In this document: one piece after another, positions 11,718-23,500 of the stretch
Numbering within the stretch: position 1 is the stretch's first letter
Layout of the letters: the number at the start of each line of letters is the position of its first letter
Assembly: GCA_965644295.1 (NCBI GenBank)
Contig: CBFFRP010000124.1
Coordinates: 1 to 64,000, forward strand
Length of the DNA: 64,000 bases
DNA from: Paraphysomonas bandaiensis
Taxonomy: Eukaryota; Protista; Chrysophyceae
Direction of reading: 5' to 3'
The notes under the pieces: model-generated
Told to the model about the DNA's origin: nothing
Databases searched by the model: none
What the model saw: only the letters and a program-made list of their open reading frames with translations
Program-made: the position numbers and the translations under genes

Positions 11718-12228
11718 ATTGAAAGTCTTTTATTTAGCAATAGGCGTTAAAAACCTGCACCGATTTAGTAGCTAGATGAATGCTAGACATACTAGTTAGA
11801 CCTCTACCTGTAACTAATCAGTACAAACTCTATTATCCTACTATTTAACGCTACGAAAAAGCTGATTGTGCGTCGCCGCAAGCACCAAGGTGCAACCACT
11901 TCCGTTCTGAGTTCTTAAGGTGAACATCCCGGATGCTTGATTTCAGCAGGCAGCCCAATACCCCGGTTACCCTTCATGTGGTCCCTGTCCCGGATGCCCT
12001 TGAGGTGGGCCCATTTCAGGATGCCTGTTTATTCGTCAGGGCCCAAAGACGTCTACACAAGAGACACTTATTGGTGTCCCTTGTACCACACAAGCATTCG
12101 GCTATGATTGGGCAGAAGAATATCTGCTGACTATGTTTGCGGCTCAAGTTAGTTTCCCAGAGAGAATCTCTCCGGTACTTATCCCCCAGAACACCACGAA
12201 AAGGTGCGAGTCCGACTTTGTTGAGGGA
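11718..12228 (-). mobile_element. Family B short retroposon (ribozyme-like head plus shared 3' module)
   Basis: Homologous to 35728-36139; flanked by CACAATACA direct repeat. Confidence 0.85.
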
Positions 12229-12489
12229 CTCACAATACAAAATATGATTTTCAATTCATTAAAAAATTGTTCTTGTAATTAATTTCAAATTATAACCTGG
12301 AATCTTAGCAATTCTTACTCAATTAGAATGTATGTAGTATAGTCGTCGTTGTTGAAACGACTTCAATTAAAGCCAGTTGGAATCTTTAGATTAAATTTCA
12401 GTCGTGGTTATGAATGAAATCATCTCAACAATAATATGAACAACTATAGATCTAGAAGTATTAAACAACTATAGATCTAGATATATTTG

Positions 12490-12655
12490 ATCCTGAAGTC
12501 AGCAGATGTCAGGTATATCAAATCAACATTCTGCTTGCTCACTGCGTTTGCTTTGAGTGATTGAGCGAAAGTGGTTGCACCTTGGTGCTTGCGGTGACGC
12601 ACACGCTTTTGTAGGGCAATAACAGAGTAAAGTATGAGTAAGTTAAATTGCATGA
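12490..12655 (+). mobile_element. Family C short element with the shared 3' core
   Basis: Inverted homolog at 13050-13228; contains GTGGTTGCACCTTGGTGCTTGCGGTGACGC. Confidence 0.7.
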
Positions 12656-13049
12656 CACAACTTATAGGAGTCGTTTAATGCTCCAAGACCAAAGCGTCGA
12701 ATGAGAATTGCTTAATTAGACCATAATTAATTCATTCTATAAAATATCCTATTGTTAGCAGTAAACTTGAACATGTGTGTATACACTAAATTTAAACAAA
12801 ACTTATAAAATATATAACTTTTTTTCTATTTACTGAAATATATATGGAACCTGGTGAAATCACTTTCCTATTGGTCACATCAACATTCTTACTAGTTCTC
12901 TGCTCTAGTCTGTACACTAAGAGAATAAAGACTTGTGCGTCGCCTCAAGCACCAAGTAAGATGCAACCTTCCTCGCTACCAAGTTGTGAATAGTGAATGT
13001 CATATATATCATTTGAAATAGGTGTTCAAGAGACGAACTAATTTTTAGC

Positions 13050-13228
13050 ATTGCAATTTAACTTACTCATACATTACTCTGTTATTGCCCTACTATTTAA
13101 CGCTACGAAAGCTGTTTGTGCGTCACCGCAAGCACCAAGGTGCAATCATTTTCGCTCAATCACTCAAAGCTAACGCAGTGAGCAAGCAGAATGTTGATTT
13201 GATATACCTGACATCTGCTGACTTCAGA
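13050..13228 (-). mobile_element. Family C short element
   Basis: Reverse complement homolog of 12490-12655. Confidence 0.7.
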
Positions 13229-13269
13229 ATTTTTGAGTCCTAAATGTAAATAGCCCGGATATATATAAT

Positions 13270-13858
13270 TTCTGATTATTTAGCAATGGCATGTAAGTGT
13301 TTAAACTAATAAACAGAAATCTATCTAATACTTAATACTAATATCCTACTATTTGACGCTATACGGAGCCTCTTGTGTGTCGTCACCGCAAAGTGCTACA
13401 ATTCCGCTCTCTGTCCTTAAGGTGAACTAGCCCGGCGGATGCTTGACTTCTACCCCGGATGCCCTTGGTGGGCCCATTCCCGGATGCCTGCTTATTCCTC
13501 ATGACCCAAAGATATCTATACAAGAGACACTTATTAGTGTCCCGTGTATCACACAAGCAGTGGGCAGAACACTATCTACTGACTATATATGCGGCTCACG
13601 TTATTTTCCCAGAGAAAAATCTCCGGTACTTATCCCCCAGAACTCCACGTAAAGGTACTAGTCCGACTTTGTTGAGAGAATAGCCCGGATAGATCTAAAT
13701 CCCGGCTCCCCTTCTGGTGGGCCCAGTTCTGGATGCCCTTGAGGGGTAGGCCCGTTCCCGGATGCCTGTTTATATATTCGTCAGGTCCAGAAGCGTCTAC
13801 ACAAATTATCCCCCAGTAGAACACCACGAAATGGTGCCAGTCCGATTTTGTTGAGGGC
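13270..13858 (-). mobile_element. Family B copy followed by a tandem partial duplicate
   Basis: Two heads ending GTTGAG(A/G)G near 13678 and 13857; shared core at ~13350-13410. Confidence 0.75.
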
Positions 13859-13924
13859 CTCGCTATCAATCACTCAAAGTAAACGCAGTGAGTAAGCAGA
13901 TCATTGATATACATCTGACATTTG

Positions 13925-14190
13925 CCCTCAACAAAGTAGGACTGGCACCTTTTCGTGGTGTTCTGGTGAATGAGTACCAGAGATATTTCTCCCGAAAAAT
14001 AACATAAGCCGCATTTATGTACAGCAGATAATGTTCTGCCTGCTCATATAGCCTAATGCGTGTGTGCTGCAAGTGACACAAATAAGTATCACCTGCGTAG
14101 ACATATTAGGGCCTGGGCCTCCCTGAAGGGTCTCCAGGTTTTTGAGCTGCCTACTGGAGTCGATTATCAGGGATAAATTCATTAAAAGAC
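13925..14190 (+). mobile_element. Degenerate family B copy
   Basis: Starts CCCTCAACAAAG...GCACCTTTTCGTGGTGTTCTGG. Confidence 0.7.
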
Positions 14191-15180
14191 TCAGAAACCA
14201 AAAGTCAGCAGATGTCAGCTATTTTAATAATACATGTATTAAGTAATAACGTCGAGTGTATTACTAAGATTTTGCTCAACCATGTATGTGCTTTCTTTGA
14301 TGTTACCAGCTAATGTCAAGTCATGCGACACTACGCATACAGTAACTTGTTGACTGTTATCTAGTTACTATTGCATATATACACCGACAAGTGCTAAACT
14401 ATACGAAGTGCTTCATGGGTATACGACGAGTTGCGTGTTTAAGCCGAATCGTAAGCTTCTTCTCAATCTACTTTTGTCCTAACACAAACAACTTGTGGCC
14501 CATGTATTCGGCTTATATATATACGTCTTCTGCATATTATTATATGGCAGATCTTCAGGGACCTTCAAGATGGTGTTCACAGCAGCAGGTGACCTGGACC
14601 TGGAGACGAGAAAATAGCTCTAGCGCCGGGTTCTCCCACCGTCACAAAGAGGTCTCATTGGTGCAATTATGCACATTAATGTGCACACAATTGGAGTTAG
14701 CTTGAATTTCTAACAAGTTTTGGTAGATCTTTGTGTTATGTATAACTCCAATGTCTTTCCTCCATTGTGTGGACTCGTCCAGCACATGCATCCACCTTGA
14801 CACCTCTCCGTGACTTACGCTAATATGAAAACCACGAGTCTTTTCCGCTCGGATGAAATCTACCAAGAAGAAGCGCGTAGGAGCACACACACGTACGTGA
14901 CCCTGCTTGTTTGGAGAACAGTGTCAGAGCTTTGTTATAATCTCCATATTGAATGTTTTATTATAAGCAATAAGCGTGTAAGCAAGGAGCAACTAAATTG
15001 AAACAGCTGAACAGCTGAACAGACAGAATATTATACGCTGTACATAAATGTGGCTCTCACGGTAGTCTATCAGAGAAAATCTCGTCGGTACTCATTCCCC
15101 AGAACACCACCTCAATATATTTCTAGTTTGTCTAGACTACCTAACACCATTCATACTATCCCTGACTACTGTATTAATCA

Positions 15181-15306
15181 CAGGGCTTGGCAACCGTTAA
15201 TGGAAATGGCATTAATAGCTATTAATGGGCCATTAATGGTAATGCCATTATAATATGCCGGGAACCGGACTACCATTAATGGGCCATTAACGGTTACCAG
15301 GCCCTG
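15181..15306. mobile_element. hAT-type MITE (family M1)
   Basis: ~23 bp TIRs CAGGGCTTGGCAACCGTTAATGG / CCATTAACGGTTACCAGGCCCTG; 8-bp TSD ATTAATCA. Confidence 0.92.
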
Positions 15307-15803
15307 ATTAATCATGCACTAACGGTTATAAAAATTCCGAAACATTAAATACAGCTTCAATTTCCCAAAATACAGGTATAAACTAAGGGAAAACTAATGA
15401 AAGTTAAAGAAAACAAAGCCAACACAAAATGCAGCGAAACTATTTCTAAATGAACTTTAGCTCAAAAACTAGCTCACTTTAATAAGACATATATGTATCC
15501 ATCAAGCAGTATTATAGTTAGTACACTATTTATGTGAGAACCACATGGTAGCATTATAATTTATGTTGCACTACAACAAAATGATGCACACATATCAGAG
15601 TTCGCAATGAACTTTCCAAATACTTTGCCAAACGCAGTACACATCCGTGCCATATGATGGAGATAATGAATAGCAAATGGTATATGCTTCACACAAACTT
15701 AAAACAAAATTGTATTTACATATTCAAATTACACACTAAATCCAACTGTAATGTCACAAACAAACAACACAAACATTAAGACATAATAGTAGTATACATA
15801 TCG

Positions 15804-17183
15804 CTATCTCTTTCCGCTCTTTATAGAAGCTGAAGCAGCCGTTCTCGTCGGCGATTGTCTTCCTGATGCCAATGAGTTGTTCGTGAGTGACGCACCTGCG
15901 GTAGACTTCTTGGTTGTCGTCCTCGTCCGCGATTTTGTGCCAGATATTACTGATGATCCTCCACCGGATCTGCTTTCTGAGTAGTAATACATGGAGCTGT
16001 CCGCTACAGAGGATTCTGATAGCTCTTCCTCTGTTCTACCTTCCATGTGTTTACCATCTGGTCGGAAACACATCTCTTTAAGTAAGCTTCCGTCCCGGGC
16101 CCTATATGACTCAATCCATGATCGGAATCCTGTTGCCGCACTATACATGAACTCTGTCTTGAGTTTACTATCTAGTAGCCGCTGCTCCTCTGGCACCTCT
16201 TCGTTGATGTCCATAAAGAACTGCTCTTCCGACCACTTGAACCCTGTTTCCTTCACAAGTGCCCGCGTTTCTCGATATCCGAGGGTGTTTTTCATACGGG
16301 TAAACATTTTATCGGTCACCTCGAACTCATCCAGGTTACCTACATTTGGCACCTCGGAAGGTATAAGCGATGGTGGAGTGCCATCCAAATAGTCCAGCAC
16401 GATGGCCCGTGCAGTTTGCAATTGAGCTGCATCGATATTCTTGTATACATCTTCCTTGCACGGTAAATCGAAAAAACGGCTACTTAACAAAGGTCGATCA
16501 TGCCAAAATACATCACCAAAGAACTTTCGGCGATAGGCAACCCGAAATATGTGCAACTGAAAAAACATGATCGGATACTTTACTGCCATCTGCATGACAT
16601 GCTCAATCGGTATTTCTGTATCATTTCTGACATTACACATACGCAACACATATCGAAGTGCTGCAGTCATCTTGATATCTTCCGACAATACGCGGACTAC
16701 TTGATACACGTTGTAAGTATACATACTGGCGATCAAGCGCAGATTAAAATTCCTTTTGCAAATAGCAAAAAAGTCAAACACAAGATCCTGAATGGGCTGA
16801 GCAGCAAGTATATAACCTAAGATAACAAATCTACTGAAAGATATTTCATCTGTTGAATAAGCGGGATCTAGCCCTGAATATTCTTTCAGAAATATCTGTG
16901 GAATAAACACATCTGCACATTCTTTGACGATCATACTGTGGTCAACAAACTTATTCTTGAAATCTTGGGGGGCCACTTTCATACGCCTGAGTAAGGCTTC
17001 TTCGCTGGACAGATATTGCTTAAACAGCCTATTCAAATCAATCTGCCATATGTTGTGTTCATTACAGAAAGTTTTCAAAGTGTTCCATTCAGAGTGAGAA
17101 AACATCGCCTTCGAAAACCCGATTCCGTATCCTGGATGTTTCTTGTCATCATTAACCTGCAGTGCGCTGACACCACCTCCCAT
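15804..17183 (-). CDS. Hypothetical 459-aa protein, possible N-myristoylation, Ser-rich tail
   Basis: Long intronless ORF starting MGGGVS. Confidence 0.8.
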   Translation of the reverse strand: MGGGVSALQVNDDKKHPGYGIGFSKAMFSHSEWNTLKTFCNEHNIWQIDLNRLFKQYLSSEEALLRRMKVAPQDFKNKFVDHSMIVKECADVFIPQIFLKEYSGLDPAYSTDEISFSRFVILGYILAAQPIQDLVFDFFAICKRNFNLRLIASMYTYNVYQVVRVLSEDIKMTAALRYVLRMCNVRNDTEIPIEHVMQMAVKYPIMFFQLHIFRVAYRRKFFGDVFWHDRPLLSSRFFDLPCKEDVYKNIDAAQLQTARAIVLDYLDGTPPSLIPSEVPNVGNLDEFEVTDKMFTRMKNTLGYRETRALVKETGFKWSEEQFFMDINEEVPEEQRLLDSKLKTEFMYSAATGFRSWIESYRARDGSLLKEMCFRPDGKHMEGRTEEELSESSVADSSMYYYSESRSGGGSSVISGTKSRTRTTTKKSTAGASLTNNSLASGRQSPTRTAASASIKSGKR

Positions 17184-17644
17184 TGTGCTTCTTCTAACCT
17201 CACGACAAACTCCAGTGACGCAGTGTTAGTTCGTTCAAATTGAGACTCTCTTCATAACGAGAGACTCACTCAGAAGAGAGTTCGCTTCTTAAATCAACCC
17301 CTAAATATACGTTATCGCGAGTCCTTATGAAACCTCTTCTCTTTGCTTTAAAGGTTGTGGGGTGATGTACGAGGATGGTATCCATCCAGGTCCAGTGCGG
17401 TGTAGAGAATGTGTACGCCTGTAACTGTCACATGGTCTAATACTGGATTTTCGGGTTTTGTCACCTAGAAATAAGGGATATTTTGACAAGGAGAGGATAT
17501 TTAGATCGTAGCTGCATGCTGCCGAGACCGCCCACATCTAGACATCAGATCACATGCCTCTGTCATCATCGCAGCCTTGTCGACCACTACGCCCTTTTAA
17601 ATTGGTGTCAAATTTAGATTTCAACTGATCAGGACAGGATATTG

Positions 17645-18664
17645 ATGGAGAAAACGAGCTCAAAGACCCACAAGGCCGCTGAGTCTGAGAAGGCTTCAAA
17701 GCTGGCTCGTTTGGATATGCGCCATGGTTTAAAATTCAGTATTGCTAATGCTGTTGTCTGATGCTTTGTATAAGTGGAGAGTATGCGTTCCATCTACGAT
17801 GCTATCATGGAGCAATTTCCGAGCGACTTTGGTAAAGCATTATCCAAGAAGGAGAGGGCAGAGAAGATGTTGTCTATGACCACCCTAATATATGGTGAAA
17901 TTGACTTTGATTCATTCGGTAATCTAATATGATTTTTATGGTGTAAATGTACTTATAAATGATATAAGGTATATGTATTGAAAAGATTAAACAAATATAC
18001 GGAAAGCCCAATGTGGGTGCATCGGGACCACAAGGTGTGTTGCAAGGAAGGGGCGGACTCTTCTATGACCTGGGGTCCGGAATTGGTCGGGCTGTGATTG
18101 CTGCAGCAGTGCTGCATAATTTTGATGTGTGTACGGGAATAGAGATACTAGAGGGACTACACCAAGCATCCGCGCTTGTTCTCGAAGCCTATGAGACGAA
18201 GGTGGGTATGGGAGAATTTCTCTGCTATGAAACTAACACCTACCGCTGTATATTGCAGGGGAAATCAGACTTAGCACGTGCCACTGATACAGGTAGAAGT
18301 TTCGATGTTAGCTGGCATCTTGCGTTAAACTTGCTATGCAGTGGTGGATATGAAGCACGGGGACATACTGGATATGGAGTTCAAGGACTGGAGAGACGGA
18401 GATGTTGTTTTCGCGAATTCCACCTGTTTCGATGACAGTCTCATGCACAAGATTGCCGCTCTTGCTGTGGGAATGCGGAAAGGTTCATTTTTCATAACGT
18501 TCACCAAGTCCTTGCCCATCGCTGACTTTGAGGTGTTGGAGTATGAGTTGTATGACATGAGCTGGGGAGGTGCAACTGTATATATTCACCAGAAAATTAC
18601 AGAGCCGAGAGAGATAAGCCCCGACTCGGATGATGATAGCGAAGCTGTTGGCTCGGTGAAATAG
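17645..18664 (+). CDS. DOT1-like class I SAM-dependent methyltransferase, multi-exon
   Basis: LIYGEIDF, FYDLGSGIGRAV, GIEIL and DVVFANSTCFDD motifs across exons. Confidence 0.8.
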
Positions 18665-19670
18665 CTCTTAAAAGATATGGCATCATCTATGCCTGTGTCA
18701 TTGTAAGTTTAGGTGGAGCCAAATTTATTGATGTTGTGTCGTTTGCTCTTGTTCATGCTGCAGGGCGAGTTATTTATGAAATTGTTCTGTAACCCTACCT
18801 CTGTCTGGACTACATGAATTTGTCAATAAGAAAACAAGTCCTTTTTATTTTGTTTTGATATATATTATTTTTCTATCCTTTATGTGAAACATTGGAGTGC
18901 AATAGAACCTAATCTGTATTGCAGTTCTATGAATGGACTGCAAAAGAAAGACATTTACAATATTCTCATTTTATAAGAGTCAGTAGAAAAGACGATTAAT
19001 TGTGAAGGTGATTACGGAGTTAGTATGACATTGTCATGCCTTTTAGGTACTCGGGAGACCTCAAGCAGTTATTTGCAGTGAAGAGGACATGCAGTAACAA
19101 AGGGTAGGCGTAACTTATGGCTAAAAGAGCATATAACAAAACGAGAATGATGTAGAATCTGAAGCAATCATGGTACAGAAAAACGTTTATTTAATTAAAC
19201 CGAAAAGGAATTCGAAACGCTACAACTAAACAGGAGATGATGGATATGTATATATACAACGGTATTGCTTTCTGCATGCTTAGAAATAACACAAAGTACG
19301 ATGAGAACAGAGTAATGCTATTCTTAATATATCACAATCCCTAAAGATTTAGTAACAAGTCCTCTCTTATCAGTATGTATTCAGACCCTCTCAGCTTGAT
19401 AGGGATGTAACTCAGCGAAACAAAGATAATGTACAAGTTAGCACCAGTGAATCATATCGTAGAAGCTATACTGGCGTATGCCGCATCATGATTAGTGCAC
19501 GGCACACATTGACACGCCGAATTTACGATTCTACTTCAACCGCACACAGTGTCTATGGAGTCTAGAACCCGATAAGGTATTGTTACAAACACAACATAGT
19601 TGGATATACGATTCACAATTCTATAAATAAGGTATAAATATTATAAAAAGAAAGCCTCCAATGTCAACAA

Positions 19671-19744
19671 GGTCTGCTGGCGTAATTGGATAGCGCACCT
19701 GACTACGGATCAGGAGGTTCCAGGTTCGAGTCCTGGGTAGATCG
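19671..19744 (+). tRNA. tRNA-Arg(ACG)
   Basis: Cloverleaf; anticodon arm CCTGA-CTACGGA-TCAGG; T-loop TTCGAGT; downstream T run. Confidence 0.97.
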
Positions 19745-19941
19745 TTGATTTTTTGTTGGCTTGTGCATAGATACCAGTATCTGCGACACATAAGCATGAA
19801 AGTTCCTATTTTTGTCCTCTTGAAAATCGCAGCTTTCGACTTTCAAAATGATGCCTCAAGCCACATACTTTTCTAATATTACACTAAAGTAAAATATATT
19901 TCCTTTATATATATGAAATAATTTGTTGTCGTCGTCAACAA

Positions 19942-20015
19942 GGTCTGCTGGCGTAATTGGATAGCGCACCTGACTACGGATCAGGAGGTTCCAGGTTCGA
20001 GTCCTGGGTAGATCG
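19942..20015 (+). tRNA. tRNA-Arg(ACG)
   Basis: Identical copy. Confidence 0.97.
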
Positions 20016-20092
20016 TTCTTTTTTTCTACTATGCAGTATTTTGTATAGTATTCCTTTATATATTAAAAATTATTCCAGTGAATTATCAACAG

Positions 20093-20166
20093 GGTCTGCT
20101 GGCGTAATTGGATAGCGCACCTGACTACGGATCAGGAGGTTCCAGGTTCGAGTCCTGGGTAGATCG
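20093..20166 (+). tRNA. tRNA-Arg(ACG)
   Basis: Identical copy. Confidence 0.97.
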
Positions 20167-20572
20167 TTCATTTTTTACATTTTCTGTTGTATTTTATATA
20201 CTTTATATTTTACTGTATATACTGTACATGACTTGTATACTTGTATAAGGAAAATACTGTAGCTCTTCCTTTTTCTAGATTTGAAAAGCAATGATTTTTT
20301 GAAGAGAAGTGCTGTCCAAGTAGAACATACAGTAACAATAACGGTACTGTAGTCCATGTTGGTTGTCGTAGTGTGATGAGACAGTGAGGATACCAGACCT
20401 AATCAAAGAGGTGAGATAGAACAACAATAACATGAATGATCGACTCTAACAGAACCCATCCGTCACTACATGTGCATATTGTGTTTAATGTCTTTCTAAG
20501 CAGATGATTCACACATAACAACAGCGAGTAGCGAAAATATCGAATGAAACTCGATCTCTGTGTCTTTAAGAA

Positions 20573-23500
20573 TTGATCATGTTCGAGCCGTGCTATATAT
20601 CGACATTCTTGTGCGGTACACTTACAACCACTGGGATAAGCAATCAAGAATATGTCAGAAATTTTTGTAAACTTGCTGTCAAGCGGCACAATCAAATTTT
20701 CCCGCGAACCGCAATGTCTGATGTGATCGCAGCTGTTAACTTGACGAAAATACGACTTCTTCGATTTGATGGAAAAATATGGGGCCAGCTTGATTCTGGA
20801 ACATTCGTATGGCTAGTAACAAAGAGCGAGTGGGACACCTTTGCCTCCTACTTGAGTCAATCCCCACATAAACCAGTTCGCTACGGCAAAGCTGTTCAGT
20901 ACCGCAGCCCTGCATCTCTATCTACTTCTGAATTAAGAGATTTTGTTTCTTCGTTTTGTGAAGCAAATAAGTTCAGTTTAGAGAAGAATGCGATGTCCAG
21001 TGTGTCAAGAAGTATTGCCCCTGGTGGGGGTGCCCAAGTAGGAAGTCCCGCCCTCCTGCGGTACAAACTCGAGCTCACCAAGTTCGACTCACCTAAAGAC
21101 TCTCTCTTTAATTCCAGAAAGTGTTTTAAAGATAGCAATGAGAGCGAGGAAGTTGCTACAGCACCAATATTAACTGAAGATCTACGACTACCTTCGCTCT
21201 CTTCTATGGGTGGAGAGAGGGGAAGTAGCATTGACTCGAATGACCCACGTATCAATGCATCGGTCTCTGAGATTTCCAAAGGACCCACTCCTGATAAACC
21301 CTTGTTAGAATTGCATTCTCAGCCATCTCCTACTAACCACAATATGGATAATCCTTCCATTCGGTATAGTATATCTGCTGACGTAAGTAATGGGGGTAGT
21401 GCCATGTGTCCTCAGGATTCCACTAACAGTTGTGTTGCAAACTCTGATTCTAAGATTTCGTCCTCAACACCTGCTGGTGATAATATGATTGGGTTATCTC
21501 ACAGCAATACTGGAAAAACTTTTGACAGTAGTGCTCCATGCGGTAGGCGTGAGATTCAGCTGGACGATGACGCCATCCACGAAGACCAAACCGGAGGGGA
21601 TGAAAGAGAAGTCAGAGTGGATGTTAATATTTCTCCGATCAAGGACACCACTAAACCTGATATGCAGAAGAGAGGACTCGAAAGTATGTACGGCGATGTG
21701 GTTGCTGATATTTGTAAGAGTAACTACAGTAGTTCGTCCCTCAAAAGCAGTGAAGTTGTGTTTGATGTAGATGCACAATCGGTGTCCATTCTAAATTCCA
21801 ATGGCGTTGTGAAAAAAGGAACATGCTCACCGGAGTGCACTGAAAGGCGGCATATAAGGAGGGATTACTCTGGGGAAGTTGCGAAGGAGATAGGGTCAGA
21901 TTATGGCAGTATTATACGGGGAACAGAGAAAGCGACCGGCTGCGATGGGCATAGTGGAAAAGCGGTTTCGATGGAGGAAAGAGAAGTTATGGGGTGTCGT
22001 ATGCCTTGTGATGGTAACCAAGTAAGCGATATAGGTACACAAGATTGTGCGAATATTGGTGATGGAAATGAAGAAGGAGGTTTTTGCAGCGATCCTTGTT
22101 CTGCGAATGTAGATATCATAAAACAGTCACACTTATCTGTAGCTAGTAGTTTTAATGTACTGGAGAGTAGTATTGATAGCGATAATGCTGATGAATATGA
22201 AAGTGAAAGGCCAAGACAACTGGATGAAATATCTAAGCATAGTACTGACGTTGTTCTGTGGAATAATGAAGGTAGAAGTATTTGTAAGGACAGTGAAGAC
22301 AATCCAGTTTCTGGATCCTCAAATCTATTGACCCCGATTAACCAGTCTAATGCTGTCAACTCGCAACTGAAGGACCGTGCGACCTCATTAAGTGTTGACT
22401 CTGTTGGTAACAATGGATTGGCTGGTAATGATGCAGTAAGTGACTCAGATGTAGGTGGCTGCATCAGTGGAAGCGACGAGAGTGGTTATTTCAGTGAATC
22501 AGGAGATAGTATTACAGTTGTAGCTGAGACTCGACGAAATACTTCCACGCAATCGACGGGTCCTTCTAATTCGTTCTCGGTTGCATATACAGGTGAAACT
22601 AAGGATTACATGAATTACTGCTACAGTGATTCACATAATGCCGTTTCAGATTGTTCTAAGTATGTGACCAGTGATGGTGGAAATTCTCGTGAATTCCGCA
22701 GAGGACTATCCTGTAGTATAGATAGTGCTAAAGAAGGACGTCAAATTGTATCATGCAATAAGGATACTAGTGAACACCTCGTCGGTGTATCTAGTAACAA
22801 AGCGGGTGATTATCTCGAAAAATTATGCAGTGATGGAGGTGATGGTACAGAATCTGACAACAGTCAATTTCATGTAGTTGATGATGAGCTTGATGCTGGA
22901 GGTTCTCTGGATAGCACTATGAATGCAGGAGACGTATCTTGTGTTAACAGGGCTCTGAGTGAATCAAGCGATGAGGAGGATACAAATGAACATTCTGTGA
23001 GTGTGTCAGCTGATGACGAGAGTTCTAGAGGTCATGAGTACGAATCTGATGGTGAAAGTGAAGCTGGTAACAACTGCGAGAGTGTATGCAGCAGCGATGG
23101 AGGTGATGGTACAGAATCTGACAACAGTCAATTTCATGTAGTTGATGATAAACTTGGTGCTGTAGGTTCTCTGTACAGCACACGTAATACAGGAAATGTG
23201 GAAGAAAGTCATTATAGTGTATCTTTTGTTGAAAGCGCTGTTAGTAATGGTGTGAGTGAATCAAGTGATAGGGAGGATACAAATGAACATTCTGGGAGTG
23301 TGTCTGCTGATGACGAGAGTTCTATGTGTCATGAGCATGAATCTGGTGGTGAAAGTGCCGCTGGTGACAACTGCGAGAGTGTATGCAGTAGCGACGGAGG
23401 TGATGGTACAGAATCTGACAACAGTCAATTTCATGTAGTTGATGATGAACTTGATGCTGTAGGTTCTCTGGATAGCACACTTAATGCAGGAGATGTATCT

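Noticed and set aside
11420-14200. CRISPR-like or guide-RNA array reading of the repeated core
   Set aside because: Irregular spacing, mixed orientation, repetitive intervening sequence and TSDs indicate retroposons; no nuclease gene nearby
14391-14890. Possible gene fragment with faint Sec14 N-terminal resemblance
   Set aside because: No coherent exon chain or convincing motif
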